NCBI GenBank assembly: GCA_963794325.1
Contig: CAWCDG010000004.1
Location: 1,024,001-1,088,000 of the forward strand
From: an uncultured delta proteobacterium
Lineage (GTDB): Bacteria; Desulfobacterota; Binatia; Binatales; Binataceae
DNA: 64,000 bases
Direction: 5' to 3'
The notes below the pieces were generated by a model. The model searched no databases and had not been told where the DNA came from. It saw only the letters and a list, made by a program, of their open reading frames with translations. Every line of letters starts with the position of its first letter. Within the stretch, counting starts at the first letter, position 1. A program made the position numbers and the translations under genes. Shown here piece after piece: positions 9,009-18,483 of the stretch.

Positions 9009-10391
9009 GTGCGCGCGCTGAGTGTCATCCTGCTAATCGTCGCGCTCGCCACGGGCACTGCGCTGCGCTTCAACAATCTAGGCGCGCTCGAGATGTCGCC
9101 CGACGAGGGCGCGTCATGGGCCGCCGCCTCCGCGCCGACCGCCGCTGACGTGATCGCACGACAACCGTCACTCAACCCCGGCGAGCTGCCGATCCACGAC
9201 CTGATGCTGCACGGATGGATCGCACTCTTCGGCTCGAGCCTGTCCGCGATGCGCTCGTTGTCCGCCGCCCTCGGTGTCACGTCGATACTGCTGGTCTATC
9301 TGGTCGTCTGCGAATTGTTCGAGGAATCCCCGCTGACCCGCGACGACGTCAGACTAGTCGCCGGACTAAGCGCGACCGTCTTCGCGGTCAACCTCGTCAC
9401 CATCAAATACTCGCGCGAGGCCCGGATGTATCCGCTGATGCTCGCCGCGATCCTCGCGCAAGTCGCGATGTTCCTACGCGCGCTTCGCGTCGGCGGTGCT
9501 GCGAACTACGCTGCCGTCGTAGTCCTGACCGCACTCGCGATCGCCTCGAACTTCGCCGCGTTGCTGATTCCCGCAACCGAAGGCCTTTGGCTCATTTATA
9601 TAATCGCGCGCACAGGACGGCGCACCGACAATGCTAACGCGCGCCGCGCATGGATCATCGCGATCGCGCTCGCCGCCGCAGGATTGATCCTGGTGCCGAA
9701 ACTTTTCTCGTCATTGCACGCAGCTTCATCAGGAAGCCTCGGCGGATGGCGCAAGCCCCCGGCCTTCTACGAACCTTTCGCGCTCTTCAACAAAGCCACC
9801 GGCAGCTTCGCATTCCCGATTCTCGCCGCGCTCGCAATCTGGGGCGCGATCCGCGGATGGCAACGCGGTGCGCGCGACTCGATCGCCTTCGCGATCCTCT
9901 GGATGTGGGCGCCGCCCCTCATCATGGTCGGCGCGTCGTACGCGCTCGCGCCAGTCTTCGTCGAACGTTACGCGCTCTCCTGCTTCGTCCCTTTTTTCAT
10001 CCTCACAGGCGTCGGAATCTTCGAGATGCCCACCGATCTGCTCCGCGTCGGCGCCCTCGCACTCGCCGTCGCATTCTCGCTTGGCCATATCGTTTCCTAC
10101 GATCGCAAACCGCACGACGCCCAATATCGCGAAGCAATCGCCGCCGCCGATTCCGCGCTCAAATCCGGCGAGACCATGACCGTCGTCCCCACCTACGCGA
10201 TCGAGGTTCTCCGTTACTATCTTCCTAGTGATCAACTCGATCGCGCAGTTCGCTATGACCCGTCGGCATCACCGGCCGCCGTGTTGATTCTCGGCGATCA
10301 GAACCTCGCGCCGGGTGAGGCTCAATCCTACAAAAGAGAATATCCTCAAGTGGTCGCGCGCCTGCGCGGCGTAATTGTGCTGCGACGGTGA
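9009..10391 (+). CDS. Glycosyltransferase family 39 (PMT/ArnT-like) membrane protein
   Basis: DEG near the N-terminus, YSREARMYPL, many TM helices. Confidence 0.85.
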   Translation: MRALSVILLIVALATGTALRFNNLGALEMSPDEGASWAAASAPTAADVIARQPSLNPGELPIHDLMLHGWIALFGSSLSAMRSLSAALGVTSILLVYLVVCELFEESPLTRDDVRLVAGLSATVFAVNLVTIKYSREARMYPLMLAAILAQVAMFLRALRVGGAANYAAVVVLTALAIASNFAALLIPATEGLWLIYIIARTGRRTDNANARRAWIIAIALAAAGLILVPKLFSSLHAASSGSLGGWRKPPAFYEPFALFNKATGSFAFPILAALAIWGAIRGWQRGARDSIAFAILWMWAPPLIMVGASYALAPVFVERYALSCFVPFFILTGVGIFEMPTDLLRVGALALAVAFSLGHIVSYDRKPHDAQYREAIAAADSALKSGETMTVVPTYAIEVLRYYLPSDQLDRAVRYDPSASPAAVLILGDQNLAPGEAQSYKREYPQVVARLRGVIVLRR

Positions 10392-10420
10392 AAAGGTGAA
10401 AAAGTGAAAGGTAAAATGCG

Positions 10421-11275
10421 ATGAGCGATCAGAATCCCGACGACCTGAAAATAAAAGGCCAGCAGAAAGTCGCGTGGAACGACAGCGCCGAGGGATGGAA
10501 GCGATGGTGGCCGACCTTCGAACGCAGTGCGCAGCTGGTCAACGATCGCTTGGTCCAGCTGGCCGTGTTGCGCCCCGGCCATCGCGTCCTCGATATCGCC
10601 ACCGGCAGCGGCGAGCCCGCGCTTACCGCGGCGCGCGCCGTCGGACAATCCGGACGAGTCATCGCCGTCGACATGTCCCCCGCGATGCTCGCGGTCGCGC
10701 GTGAGCGAATCGACGCGGCGGCGCTGACCAACGTCGATCTCGTCGAGTCCGACGCCGAAGCGCTCCGCCTCGATCCGCATTCCTTCGACGCCGCCCTCTG
10801 CCGATGGGGCCTCATGTTCATGCCCGACCTCGACGGCGTCATCCGCGCGATGCATCGCGCACTCAAGCCCGGCGGACACTTCGCAACCGCAGTCTGGTCG
10901 GTGGCGGACAAAGTCCCGATGTGCGGACTCGCCCGCGACGCGATTCGCCGCATCACCGGCATCGTGCCGCCGCCCAACGCGCCCGACCCAACCCGGCTCG
11001 CCGACCCGTCGATCCTCGAGCGCTCGCTCACCGCCGCAGGTTTCCACGACGTGACGATCGAACGCCTCACAGTAACCTTCGAATTCCCGTCGCCCGACGC
11101 ATTCGCCGACTTCCGCGGACAAATCGGCGGCACTCGCGCGATGCTCTCGAAGATGCCCTCGGACGTCGCCCGCCAGGTGCGCGAGGCGGTCGTCACCTCG
11201 GCCAGCGAATTCGCGACCAGCGCCGGCGTCGTGCGCCTGATCAACGAGACCATCTGCTTCGCCGCGCGCGCATAG
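10421..11275 (+). CDS. Class I SAM-dependent methyltransferase (UbiE-like)
   Basis: VLDIATGSGE motif I, LKPGG. Confidence 0.9.
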   Translation: MSDQNPDDLKIKGQQKVAWNDSAEGWKRWWPTFERSAQLVNDRLVQLAVLRPGHRVLDIATGSGEPALTAARAVGQSGRVIAVDMSPAMLAVARERIDAAALTNVDLVESDAEALRLDPHSFDAALCRWGLMFMPDLDGVIRAMHRALKPGGHFATAVWSVADKVPMCGLARDAIRRITGIVPPPNAPDPTRLADPSILERSLTAAGFHDVTIERLTVTFEFPSPDAFADFRGQIGGTRAMLSKMPSDVARQVREAVVTSASEFATSAGVVRLINETICFAARA

Positions 11276-11409
11276 CGGAGTACGCATAACTCCCCCGTTC
11301 TGCGGAGGCGATTGAAGGTTAAACCTATTAACAAGGGGTACTTGAAACTATTACATCATGTAGGTAGCTTTACTGCCGTCTGCGGAATCGCCAATTTCTG
11401 GGGGGTACG

Positions 11410-11853
11410 ATGACGGTCCAGGACGCACTCCGAAAAATCGCTCTGCTGCGCAAGGTCAGCGAGGATAAGGGAGCCTTGGTGGCGGAGCGAGAAACTGCGC
11501 ACCGTTTACAGAAGGTCCTGATGGAGCGTTACGCGATCAAGGCTCAGGATGTCCCTGAGGGCGCACCCGCGCAGGCGACACCCTTTCGCTTGAACTGGGA
11601 TTATTGGCGCGAACTGCTCGACGAGTTCGACCTGCGCCTGACCCATTTCGGCGGTCGCGGCAGCGCCGAGGTCGGCAAAAGAATGATCGTCTATATCAGG
11701 CTGGCCACCAACCAATGGTGGATCGATGAGAAGTCTCCGCCCGGCTGGAATACGATTGTTCGCGACAATGGTCTCGATTCACTGCGCGCCTACCTTAAAG
11801 AGCACGCCCCAAGAAGCTACTCCTTCTCAACCGCCGACCGCCGCAACCGCTAG
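11410..11853 (+). CDS. Hypothetical protein with DUF2786-like N-terminus
   Basis: KIALLRK..GA..AERETA..LMERYAI resembles the DUF2786 helix pair; GGGGG RBS-like element upstream. Confidence 0.6.
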   Translation: MTVQDALRKIALLRKVSEDKGALVAERETAHRLQKVLMERYAIKAQDVPEGAPAQATPFRLNWDYWRELLDEFDLRLTHFGGRGSAEVGKRMIVYIRLATNQWWIDEKSPPGWNTIVRDNGLDSLRAYLKEHAPRSYSFSTADRRNR

Positions 11854-11878
11854 CCCACTCTACTGCTGTTCTCTAAAA

Positions 11879-11964
11879 TCCGGTTCCCCTCCCCGCGCGG
11901 GAAGCGCTTACTCCCAACGATCCGGTTCCCCTTCCCACTATGGGAAGGGGTTAGGGGTTAGGTT
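11879..11964 (-). repeat. Repeat family B (with a degenerate second hairpin)
   Basis: 11921-11964 is identical to 5972-6015. Confidence 0.9.
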
Positions 11965-12103
11965 GCCGAGGATCAATCTCAAACTCCGAACTGCATCCGC
12001 CATCCACCACTGGAAATGCGCCGTCAGTATGGTAGTAAGGTAGTCCGCCGCAGCGCCCACCAAGCGAGCGCGCGGTATCGCACATTCAAGGAGCACTCAA
12101 ACG

Positions 12104-13189
12104 ATGAAAGCCGCCGTTTTCCACGGGCCCAAGTTGCCCCTCAGTATCGAGGATGTCGAACTCGACAAGCCCCAGGACCGCGAAGTCCTGATCAAAACCG
12201 TCGCCAGCGGCGTATGCCACAGCGATCTCCACTTCGTCGACGGCTTCTATCCGTATCCCGCGCCCGCGGTGCTCGGCCACGAGGCCGCCGGCATCATCGA
12301 GGAAGTCGGCAAGCAGGTGACCTACGTGAAGCCCGGCGATCACGTCATCTGCTGCCTCTCAGTATTCTGCGGCATGTGCGAACAGTGCATGTCGGGCCAT
12401 CCCAACCGATGCTCGAACAAGCAGGCCACCCAGCGCAATCCGGCCGACAAGCCGCGCATCTCGCAGAAAGGCAAGCCCGTCTTCCAGTTCCTCGACATCT
12501 CGTCCTACTGCGAGAAAATGCTGCTCCATGAAAACGCAGTCGTGAAAATTCGCGAGGACTTCCCGCTCGATCGCGCCGCGCTCATCGGATGCGGCGTCAC
12601 CACCGGCGTCGGCGCCGTCCTCAACACCGCGAAGATCGAGCCCGGCTCGACCGTCGCAGTCTTCGGTGCCGGCGGCGTCGGACTCGCCGCAATCCAGGGC
12701 GCGCGAATCGCCGGCGCGCGCAAAATAATCGCGGTCGATATGTTCGAGGGCAAACTCGCGATGGCCAAGCGGCTCGGCGCGACCGACACCGTCGACGCCT
12801 CGAGCAGCGATCCCGTCGACGAAATCCGCAAGATGACCGGCGGCGGCGTCGATTACTCTTTCGAAGCGATCGGCCTCAAGAAAGCCGCCGAGCAGGCCTT
12901 CAACTCGCTCAAGGCCGGCGGCACCGCCACGGTGATCGGCATGATCCCGGTCGGCCAGAAGGTCGAAATCGACGGCTACATGTTTCTCACCGAGCGCAAA
13001 CTGCAAGGCTCCAACATGGGCTCGAACCGCTTCCGCATCGACATGCCCAAGTACATCGACTTCTACCTGCAGGGCCGCCTCAACCTCGACGATATGATCA
13101 GCCAGCGCCGCAAACTCGAAGACGTCAACGACGCCTTCCGCGCGATGAAGGCCGGCGAAGTCGCGCGCACAGTTCTTATGTTCAACTAG
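12104..13189 (+). CDS. Zn-dependent alcohol dehydrogenase (MDR family), paralog 1
   Basis: GVCHSDLH, LGHEAAG, 4-Cys structural Zn site, GAGGVG. Confidence 0.95.
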   Translation: MKAAVFHGPKLPLSIEDVELDKPQDREVLIKTVASGVCHSDLHFVDGFYPYPAPAVLGHEAAGIIEEVGKQVTYVKPGDHVICCLSVFCGMCEQCMSGHPNRCSNKQATQRNPADKPRISQKGKPVFQFLDISSYCEKMLLHENAVVKIREDFPLDRAALIGCGVTTGVGAVLNTAKIEPGSTVAVFGAGGVGLAAIQGARIAGARKIIAVDMFEGKLAMAKRLGATDTVDASSSDPVDEIRKMTGGGVDYSFEAIGLKKAAEQAFNSLKAGGTATVIGMIPVGQKVEIDGYMFLTERKLQGSNMGSNRFRIDMPKYIDFYLQGRLNLDDMISQRRKLEDVNDAFRAMKAGEVARTVLMFN

Positions 13190-13229
13190 CGTTGATTCAC
13201 TGAAAAAAGGAATTCGAGGTTCTAAAAAA

Positions 13230-14315
13230 ATGAAAGCTGCTGTCTTCCACGGTCCCGGTCAGCCACTCACCATCGAGCAAGTCGATATCGACGAACCCAA
13301 AGAGCGCGAAGTCGTCGTCCGCACCGTCGCCAGCGGCGTATGCCACAGCGATCTCCATTTCGTGGACGGCCTCTACATGTGGCCGACCCCCGCGATCCTC
13401 GGCCACGAGGCCGCCGGCGTCGTCGAGAAAGTCGGCTCGCAGGTCTCGTACCTCAAGCCCGGCGACCACGTCATCGCATGCCTGTCGGTCTTCTGCGGTT
13501 ACTGCGAAGAATGTATGTCCGGACATCCCAACCTATGCTCTAACAAAGCCGCCACCCAGCGCGGACCCAGCGACAAGCCGCGCCTCTCGCAGAAGGGCAA
13601 GATGGTCAATCAGTTCGCCGACCTCTCGGGCTACGCCGAAAAGATGCTGCTGCATGAAAACGCGCTGGTGAAAATTGCCGACGACGTGCCGCTCGATCGC
13701 GCCGCGCTGATCGGATGCGGCGTGATGACCGGCGTCGGCGCTGCGCTCAACACCGCGAAAGTCGCACCCGGCTCGACCGTCGCCGTATTCGGCGCCGGCG
13801 GCGTCGGCCTCGCGATCATCCAGGGCGCGCGAATCGCCGGCGCGCGCATGATCATCGCGGTCGATAAATTTCCCGCGAAGCTCGAGCTCGCCAAAAAACT
13901 CGGCGCAACTCACGCCGTCGACGCGTCCAAGGGTGACGCCGTCGATCAGATTCGCGCACTCACCAACGGCGGCGTCGAGTACTCCTTCGAAGCGATCGGC
14001 CTCAAAGTCGCCGCCGAGCAGGCCTACGAATCGCTCACCGCGGGAGGCATCGCCACCATAGTAGGGATGGTCCCCCTTGGCCAGAAGGTCGACGTCGACG
14101 GCTTCTCGCTGCTCTTCGAAAAGCGCATCCAGGGATGCTTCATGGGCTCGAACCGTTTCCGCATCGACATGCCCCGCATCATCGAGCTCTACCAGCAAGG
14201 CCGCCTCGACCTCGACGACATGATCACCCGCCGCGGCAAACTCGAAGACGTGAACGAAGCCTTCCGCGCCATGAAAGCCGGCGAAGTAGCCCGCACCGTC
14301 CTGATGTTCGACTAA
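13230..14315 (+). CDS. Zn-dependent alcohol dehydrogenase (MDR family), paralog 2
   Basis: Same motifs and same length (361 aa) as the upstream paralog. Confidence 0.95.
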   Translation: MKAAVFHGPGQPLTIEQVDIDEPKEREVVVRTVASGVCHSDLHFVDGLYMWPTPAILGHEAAGVVEKVGSQVSYLKPGDHVIACLSVFCGYCEECMSGHPNLCSNKAATQRGPSDKPRLSQKGKMVNQFADLSGYAEKMLLHENALVKIADDVPLDRAALIGCGVMTGVGAALNTAKVAPGSTVAVFGAGGVGLAIIQGARIAGARMIIAVDKFPAKLELAKKLGATHAVDASKGDAVDQIRALTNGGVEYSFEAIGLKVAAEQAYESLTAGGIATIVGMVPLGQKVDVDGFSLLFEKRIQGCFMGSNRFRIDMPRIIELYQQGRLDLDDMITRRGKLEDVNEAFRAMKAGEVARTVLMFD

Positions 14316-14342
14316 CCGCGCATCGCTAAATCGAAATCACCC

Positions 14343-14373
14343 AGGGCCGATCGGAAAATCTCCGATCGGCCCT
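14343..14373 (+). terminator. Stem-loop after the ADH pair
   Basis: AGGGCCGATCGGA-aaatc-TCCGATCGGCCCT, 13-bp perfect stem; weak U tail. Confidence 0.6.
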
Positions 14374-14415
14374 TGCGTGTCATCCTCACGAACCCGAGCA
14401 ACGGGCAGTTAGTTT

Positions 14416-14459
14416 GTCATCCTGACGGAGCGAGCAACGCGAGCGGCTGGAAGGATCTC
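14416..14459 (+). repeat. Repeat family E half element (GTCATCCTGA...GAAGGATCTC)
   Basis: Similar to the left arms at 21335 and 24891. Confidence 0.6.
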
Positions 14460-14622
14460 GGACAGCTTCGCATCAGCGAAGCCGGTTCCGGTCTCTGAGA
14501 TCGCGCGCTGCGCGCGCTCCACTTCTGCCGCCGGTCTCCGAAAATCGCGCCAGCGCTCCTTCAAATCCGTTTGGCTTCACCCCGAATAATCGCAATCATG
14601 ATCCCCGGAGGACTCTCATCCG

Positions 14623-15303
14623 ATGCCCTCAGAACACGTGGTATTCCTATTCGACGTCGATAACACCCTGATCGACAACGATCACATCGTTGCCGACATG
14701 AAGCGCAATCTCGAACGCGACATCGGCAACGAACAGCAACAGCGCTACTGGGACTACTTCGAGGAGCTGCGCACCGAGCTCGGCTACGCGGACTACCTCG
14801 GCGCACTGCAACGCTACCGCGTCAATCATCCGCGCGACTTCGGAATCATCGCAGTCTCCTACTTCCTGATGAACTATCACTTCGCCAACCGCCTCTTCCC
14901 CTGCGCGCTCGATATCATCGAGCAGTACCAGCAATACGGCGAGACCGCGATCCTCTCCGACGGCGACATGATTTTTCAGCCGCTGAAAATCGAACGCTCA
15001 GGCCTGCGCGAAGCGGTCGACGAAAAAGTGATGATCTACATCCACAAGGAACAGGAACTCGACGACGTAAAAGTCCGCTACCCCGCCGACCACTACGTCC
15101 TTATCGACGACAAAGTCCGAATCCTCGACGCAGTAAAAAAAACCTGGGGCGCAAAAGTCACCACCGTCTTCCCCCGCCAGGGCCACTACGCCGCCGACTC
15201 CAAGGAAATCGCAAAGTACATGCCCCCCGACGTTACCGTCGACAGAATCGACCAACTCCGCGACTACGATCTAACGAAACTCCGCGCCGCAACGAAGGGA
15301 TAA
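14623..15303 (+). CDS. HAD-superfamily hydrolase
   Basis: FDVDNTL motif I, LSDGD, LIDDK motif IV. Confidence 0.9.
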   Translation: MPSEHVVFLFDVDNTLIDNDHIVADMKRNLERDIGNEQQQRYWDYFEELRTELGYADYLGALQRYRVNHPRDFGIIAVSYFLMNYHFANRLFPCALDIIEQYQQYGETAILSDGDMIFQPLKIERSGLREAVDEKVMIYIHKEQELDDVKVRYPADHYVLIDDKVRILDAVKKTWGAKVTTVFPRQGHYAADSKEIAKYMPPDVTVDRIDQLRDYDLTKLRAATKG

Positions 15304-15333
15304 GCTCTCGACCGCAAGAGCGAGCGACGCTCC

Positions 15334-15571
15334 ATCCTAACCTCCCCTTGTCCGAGGGGAGGTCGGCGAAAGCCGCGAAGCGGTGTCGCCGGGTGAGGTG
15401 CAACGCGCGACATCCCACCAACCCCGACTCGTTTAATCTCAATCTCAGAAACACGAATTCGCCGCTCGACAGCAGTACAACGGACATCGTTGTGACGGCC
15501 AGCGTTGCACCCCTCCCGTCGCACTCCTTCGGCGCGCGCCGACCTCCCCTCGGACAAGGGGAGGTTAGGAT
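15334..15571 (+). mobile_element. Family C MITE/REPIN-like element, 238 bp with ~35-bp terminal inverted repeats
   Basis: ATCCTAACCTCCCCTTGTCCGAGGGGAGGTCGGCG...CGCCGACCTCCCCTCGGACAAGGGGAGGTTAGGAT; homologs at 16903 and 51992. Confidence 0.85.
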
Positions 15572-15693
15572 CGCTTCGCTCTAGAATCACACAAAAAGTG
15601 AACAGGCCAGGTGTTGTGACGTCGCCCGAGAGCCTAACCCCTTCCTGAGCGAAGGGAACCGGACGAGTAGAAAACCCTCTTCCCAGAAATAAA

Positions 15694-15790
15694 CTTCTAA
15701 AGGGACAAGTCCCGCATCTTCTTTTTATCACTGGGTGCAGGGGTCACCCCTGCCGCGGAAGCGTGAAACCCGCGAAGGGTTTCACATTAA
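15694..15790 (+). repeat. Repeat family A copy 4
   Basis: Core at 15737-15753 plus GTGAAACCC-N5-GGGTTTCAC module. Confidence 0.93.
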
Positions 15791-15817
15791 ATAAAGTGAT
15801 CTCCCCTTCCCCCTCTC

Positions 15818-16735
15818 CTACGCGCGCATCGACGCTCGCGTATTCCCCAACAACATCTCCGCGACCGCCGTCAGATCATTGTCATCGTAATAATCGATTT
15901 CGATCCTTCCTGGACTCCGCCCTCGACGCCTGAAAATTCTGACCTTGCGTTTGAGCGCGCGCTGCAAGCCCTCGGCCAGCGCATTCAGATTGGCGTCGCC
16001 GCCGCCGCCGGATCGCGACGATGCGTTTTTCGATCCACGGGGACGTCCCACCGTCGCCATTTCCTCGGCACCGCGCGACGAGATTCCAACCGCCGCAATT
16101 CGCCGCGCCGCCGATATCTGCTTCTCGGCCGATTGTATCGAGAGCAGCGGCCGCGCCTGTCCCGCCCTGAGCTCCCCCTTCGCGATCATATTCAGAATCG
16201 GCTGCGGCAGTTCCAGCAAGCGCAGCGTATTGCCGACGTACGGCCGGCTCTTGCCAACCCGCGATGCGATCTCGTCATGGGTCAGCCCGAAATGATCGAC
16301 CAGCCGGAAAAACGCGAGCCCTTCTTCGACTGCGTTCAAGTCCTCTCGCACGATATTTTCGACCAGCGACATTTCCAGCGCCGCGCGGTCGTCGAGTTCG
16401 CGCACCACCACCGGAACTGTCTCGAGCCCCGCCGCACGCGCCGCGCGCAGCCGCCGCTCACCGGCGATCAGCTCGTAGAGCGGACCGTCGGTGTCGGGCG
16501 CGTCGATTCGGCGCACGATCAGCGGCTCGATTATTCCCTGGCTCTGAATCGCGCGGGTAAGTTCCGCGAGCCGTTCCTTGTCGAAATTTATCCGCGGCTG
16601 AAACGCACCGGCCGTGATACTCCCGACTGGCGCCATCTTGAATTGCGAGTCGAGGTTATCTGCCGCGCCTGTTTCACTCGCCGGCGCATTCCCGATCAGC
16701 GCATCAAGCCCGCGCCCCAATGGTTTCCGCATCAT
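15818..16735 (-). CDS. parB: Chromosome partitioning protein ParB
   Basis: LGRGLDALI, QPR, IAGERRLRAA, ENIVREDL, HTH. Confidence 0.97.
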   Translation of the reverse strand: MMRKPLGRGLDALIGNAPASETGAADNLDSQFKMAPVGSITAGAFQPRINFDKERLAELTRAIQSQGIIEPLIVRRIDAPDTDGPLYELIAGERRLRAARAAGLETVPVVVRELDDRAALEMSLVENIVREDLNAVEEGLAFFRLVDHFGLTHDEIASRVGKSRPYVGNTLRLLELPQPILNMIAKGELRAGQARPLLSIQSAEKQISAARRIAAVGISSRGAEEMATVGRPRGSKNASSRSGGGGDANLNALAEGLQRALKRKVRIFRRRGRSPGRIEIDYYDDNDLTAVAEMLLGNTRASMRA

Positions 16736-16777
16736 CGTGATAGTCCTCGTGCGATTTAGATCGTGCTTGAACCAAGC

Positions 16778-16888
16778 AACCTAACCCCTAACCCCTTCAC
16801 GAGCGGGAAGGGGAACCGGATTTGAGACAACTATTGCGCCTCGTCCTATCCCCCTCACCCCCTTTCCCGCGGGAAAAGGGGAACAGAA
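16778..16888 (+). repeat. Repeat B plus related B' (CCTATCCCCCTCACCCCCTTTCCCGCGGGAAARGGGGAAC)
   Basis: The same B+B' composite recurs at 35641-35747. Confidence 0.85.
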
Positions 16889-16902
16889 AGGATCGTGATC
16901 CG

Positions 16903-17138
16903 ATCCTAACCTCCCCTTGTCCGAGGGGAGGTCGGCGAAAGCCGCGCAGCGGTGTCGCCGGGAGAGGTGCAACGTGCGACAGCCCACCAACTTCGACTCG
17001 TTTAATCTGAATGCAGAGACACAAGTTCGCTGCTCGACAGCAGCACAACGAGCGATGGTGCTACGGCCAGCGCTGCACCTCTCCCGTCGCACTCCTTCGG
17101 CGCGCGCCGACCTCCCCTCGGACAAGGGGAGGTCAGAT
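16903..17138 (+). mobile_element. Family C MITE/REPIN-like element, copy 2
   Basis: Same TIRs as copy 1 and colinear interior. Confidence 0.85.
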
Positions 17139-17156
17139 CCCTCCGCCCCCGACGAA

Positions 17157-17265
17157 CTTCTAACAGGGGCGCAGCCCCGCATCTTCTCTTTGATACCGGG
17201 TGCAGGGGTCACCCCTGCCCAGGGAGGTGTGGAACCCACGGCGGGTTCCACTACAATAAAGCTCC
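17157..17265 (+). repeat. Repeat family A copy 5 (overlaps the parA stop)
   Basis: Core at 17202-17218; variant hairpins GGGGCGCAGCCCC and GTGGAACCC..GGGTTCCAC. Confidence 0.92.
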
Positions 17266-18057
17266 TAACGTTCCACTCTGCCCCTCACCACGCGCGATAA
17301 TCTCCGCCGCCAATGCGCGATAGCCCTCCGCTCCCGCCGACTTCGGCTCGTATTCGCAGACAGACAGTCCATGACTCGGGCTTTCCGACAGCCGCACGCT
17401 GCGCGGAATCACGCTCTGAAAAACTTTTTCCGGAAAATGTTTTCTCACTTCCTCGGAGATTTCGTGACTGAGGCGATTTCGCGTATCGAACATCGTGAGC
17501 ACCAGGCCTTCGAGCTCGAGTCCCGGCCTCAGCGCCGCCTTGACCTTGTTGATCGTGCCGAGCAGCGCGCTCAGACCTTCGAGCGCGTAGTACTCGCATT
17601 GCATCGGCACCAGCACCGAGTCCGCCGCCACCAGCGCATTGAGGGTGAGAATCCCGAGCGACGGTGGCGTGTCAATTAGAACATAGTTATATTCCACTCT
17701 CGATGGCTCCAGGAGCGCTCGTAAGCGACGCTCACGACCCTCCATCGTCACCAGCTCGATCTCGGCGCCCACCAGGTCGTCGCCCGCCGGCGCGAGCGAC
17801 AAGGTCGGCCGCACCTGCCTCAAGATTTCCGCGATCGGCAGCCCACCGACCAACGCCTGGTAAATAGTCTTGCCCGTGCGCCGCGATTCACTGACGTCTT
17901 CGGGCGTGGCGATACCGGAAGTGGCGTTGCCCTGGGGGTCCAGGTCGACCAGCAAGACCTTGAGTCCCGTGTCGGCCAACGCGAAGGCCAGATTGATAGC
18001 GGTGGTAGTCTTACCGACGCCGCCTTTCTGATTAGCTATTGCGATTACCCGCCCCAC
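17251..18057 (-). CDS. parA: ParA/Soj ATPase
   Basis: ANQKGGVGKTT deviant Walker A, DLDPQGNA, DTPPSLG, QCEYYALEG; start taken at GTG 18057 (ORF extends to 18093). Confidence 0.97.
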   Translation of the reverse strand: MGRVIAIANQKGGVGKTTTAINLAFALADTGLKVLLVDLDPQGNATSGIATPEDVSESRRTGKTIYQALVGGLPIAEILRQVRPTLSLAPAGDDLVGAEIELVTMEGRERRLRALLEPSRVEYNYVLIDTPPSLGILTLNALVAADSVLVPMQCEYYALEGLSALLGTINKVKAALRPGLELEGLVLTMFDTRNRLSHEISEEVRKHFPEKVFQSVIPRSVRLSESPSHGLSVCEYEPKSAGAEGYRALAAEIIARGEGQSGTLGALL

Positions 18058-18128
18058 GACCCACCCCGCAGGGATTGCCCCTGCCATCCGCAAGAATGAG
18101 GAACCTCAGACCCGAACCGCGCTGGAAA

Positions 18129-18144
18129 CGTTTCACGTGAAACG
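18129..18144. promoter_or_regulatory. parS site 1
   Basis: CGTTTCACGTGAAACG palindrome, matching the bacterial parS consensus. Confidence 0.92.
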
Positions 18145-18239
18145 TCTGCAAAATCATTAAATGCGCGCTCGCAAATAAATGCAAATCGAGCGATCCGATT
18201 TACGCAAGTACCTGAATTTATTAGTTTTTCGCGCCAAAA

Positions 18240-18255
18240 CGTTTCACGTGAAACG
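18240..18255. promoter_or_regulatory. parS site 2
   Basis: CGTTTCACGTGAAACG. Confidence 0.92.
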
Positions 18256-18304
18256 TTCCCCCGAAGCCCGAGTGGCATTGTGGCATGCAAATCCAGGAAG
18301 GAAT

Positions 18305-18326
18305 CACAGGCTAAAGCCTGTGCCAC
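18305..18326 (-). repeat. Repeat family D (REPIN remnant lacking its left arm)
   Basis: Preceded by the same spacer (CATGCAAATC.AGGAA.GAAT) as the doublets at 22997 and 50886. Confidence 0.85.
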
Positions 18327-18351
18327 TCAAATTCCCGGACCTTCCTCCCCA

Positions 18352-18460
18352 GAACCTGAAAGCAAAAGGGCGTCCTCGCCATTTTGCGATTAGGTACTAA
18401 GGTGCAGGGCTTAGCCCTGCCGAAGGAAGCGTGAAACCCGCGAAGGGTTTCACATTTAAT
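18352..18460 (+). repeat. Repeat family A copy 6 (variant core GCAGGGCTTAGCCCTGC)
   Basis: Core at 18404-18420 has a compensatory G-C to C-G change. Confidence 0.9.
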
Positions 18461-18483
18461 CGAGTGATCTACCCTTCCCTCGA

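Noticed and set aside
15233-17300. ORFs such as MSEGRSAKAA..., MQGSPLP... and NLTPNPFP... recurring in the ORF track
   Set aside because: They are translations of repeat families C, A and B, not supported protein genes
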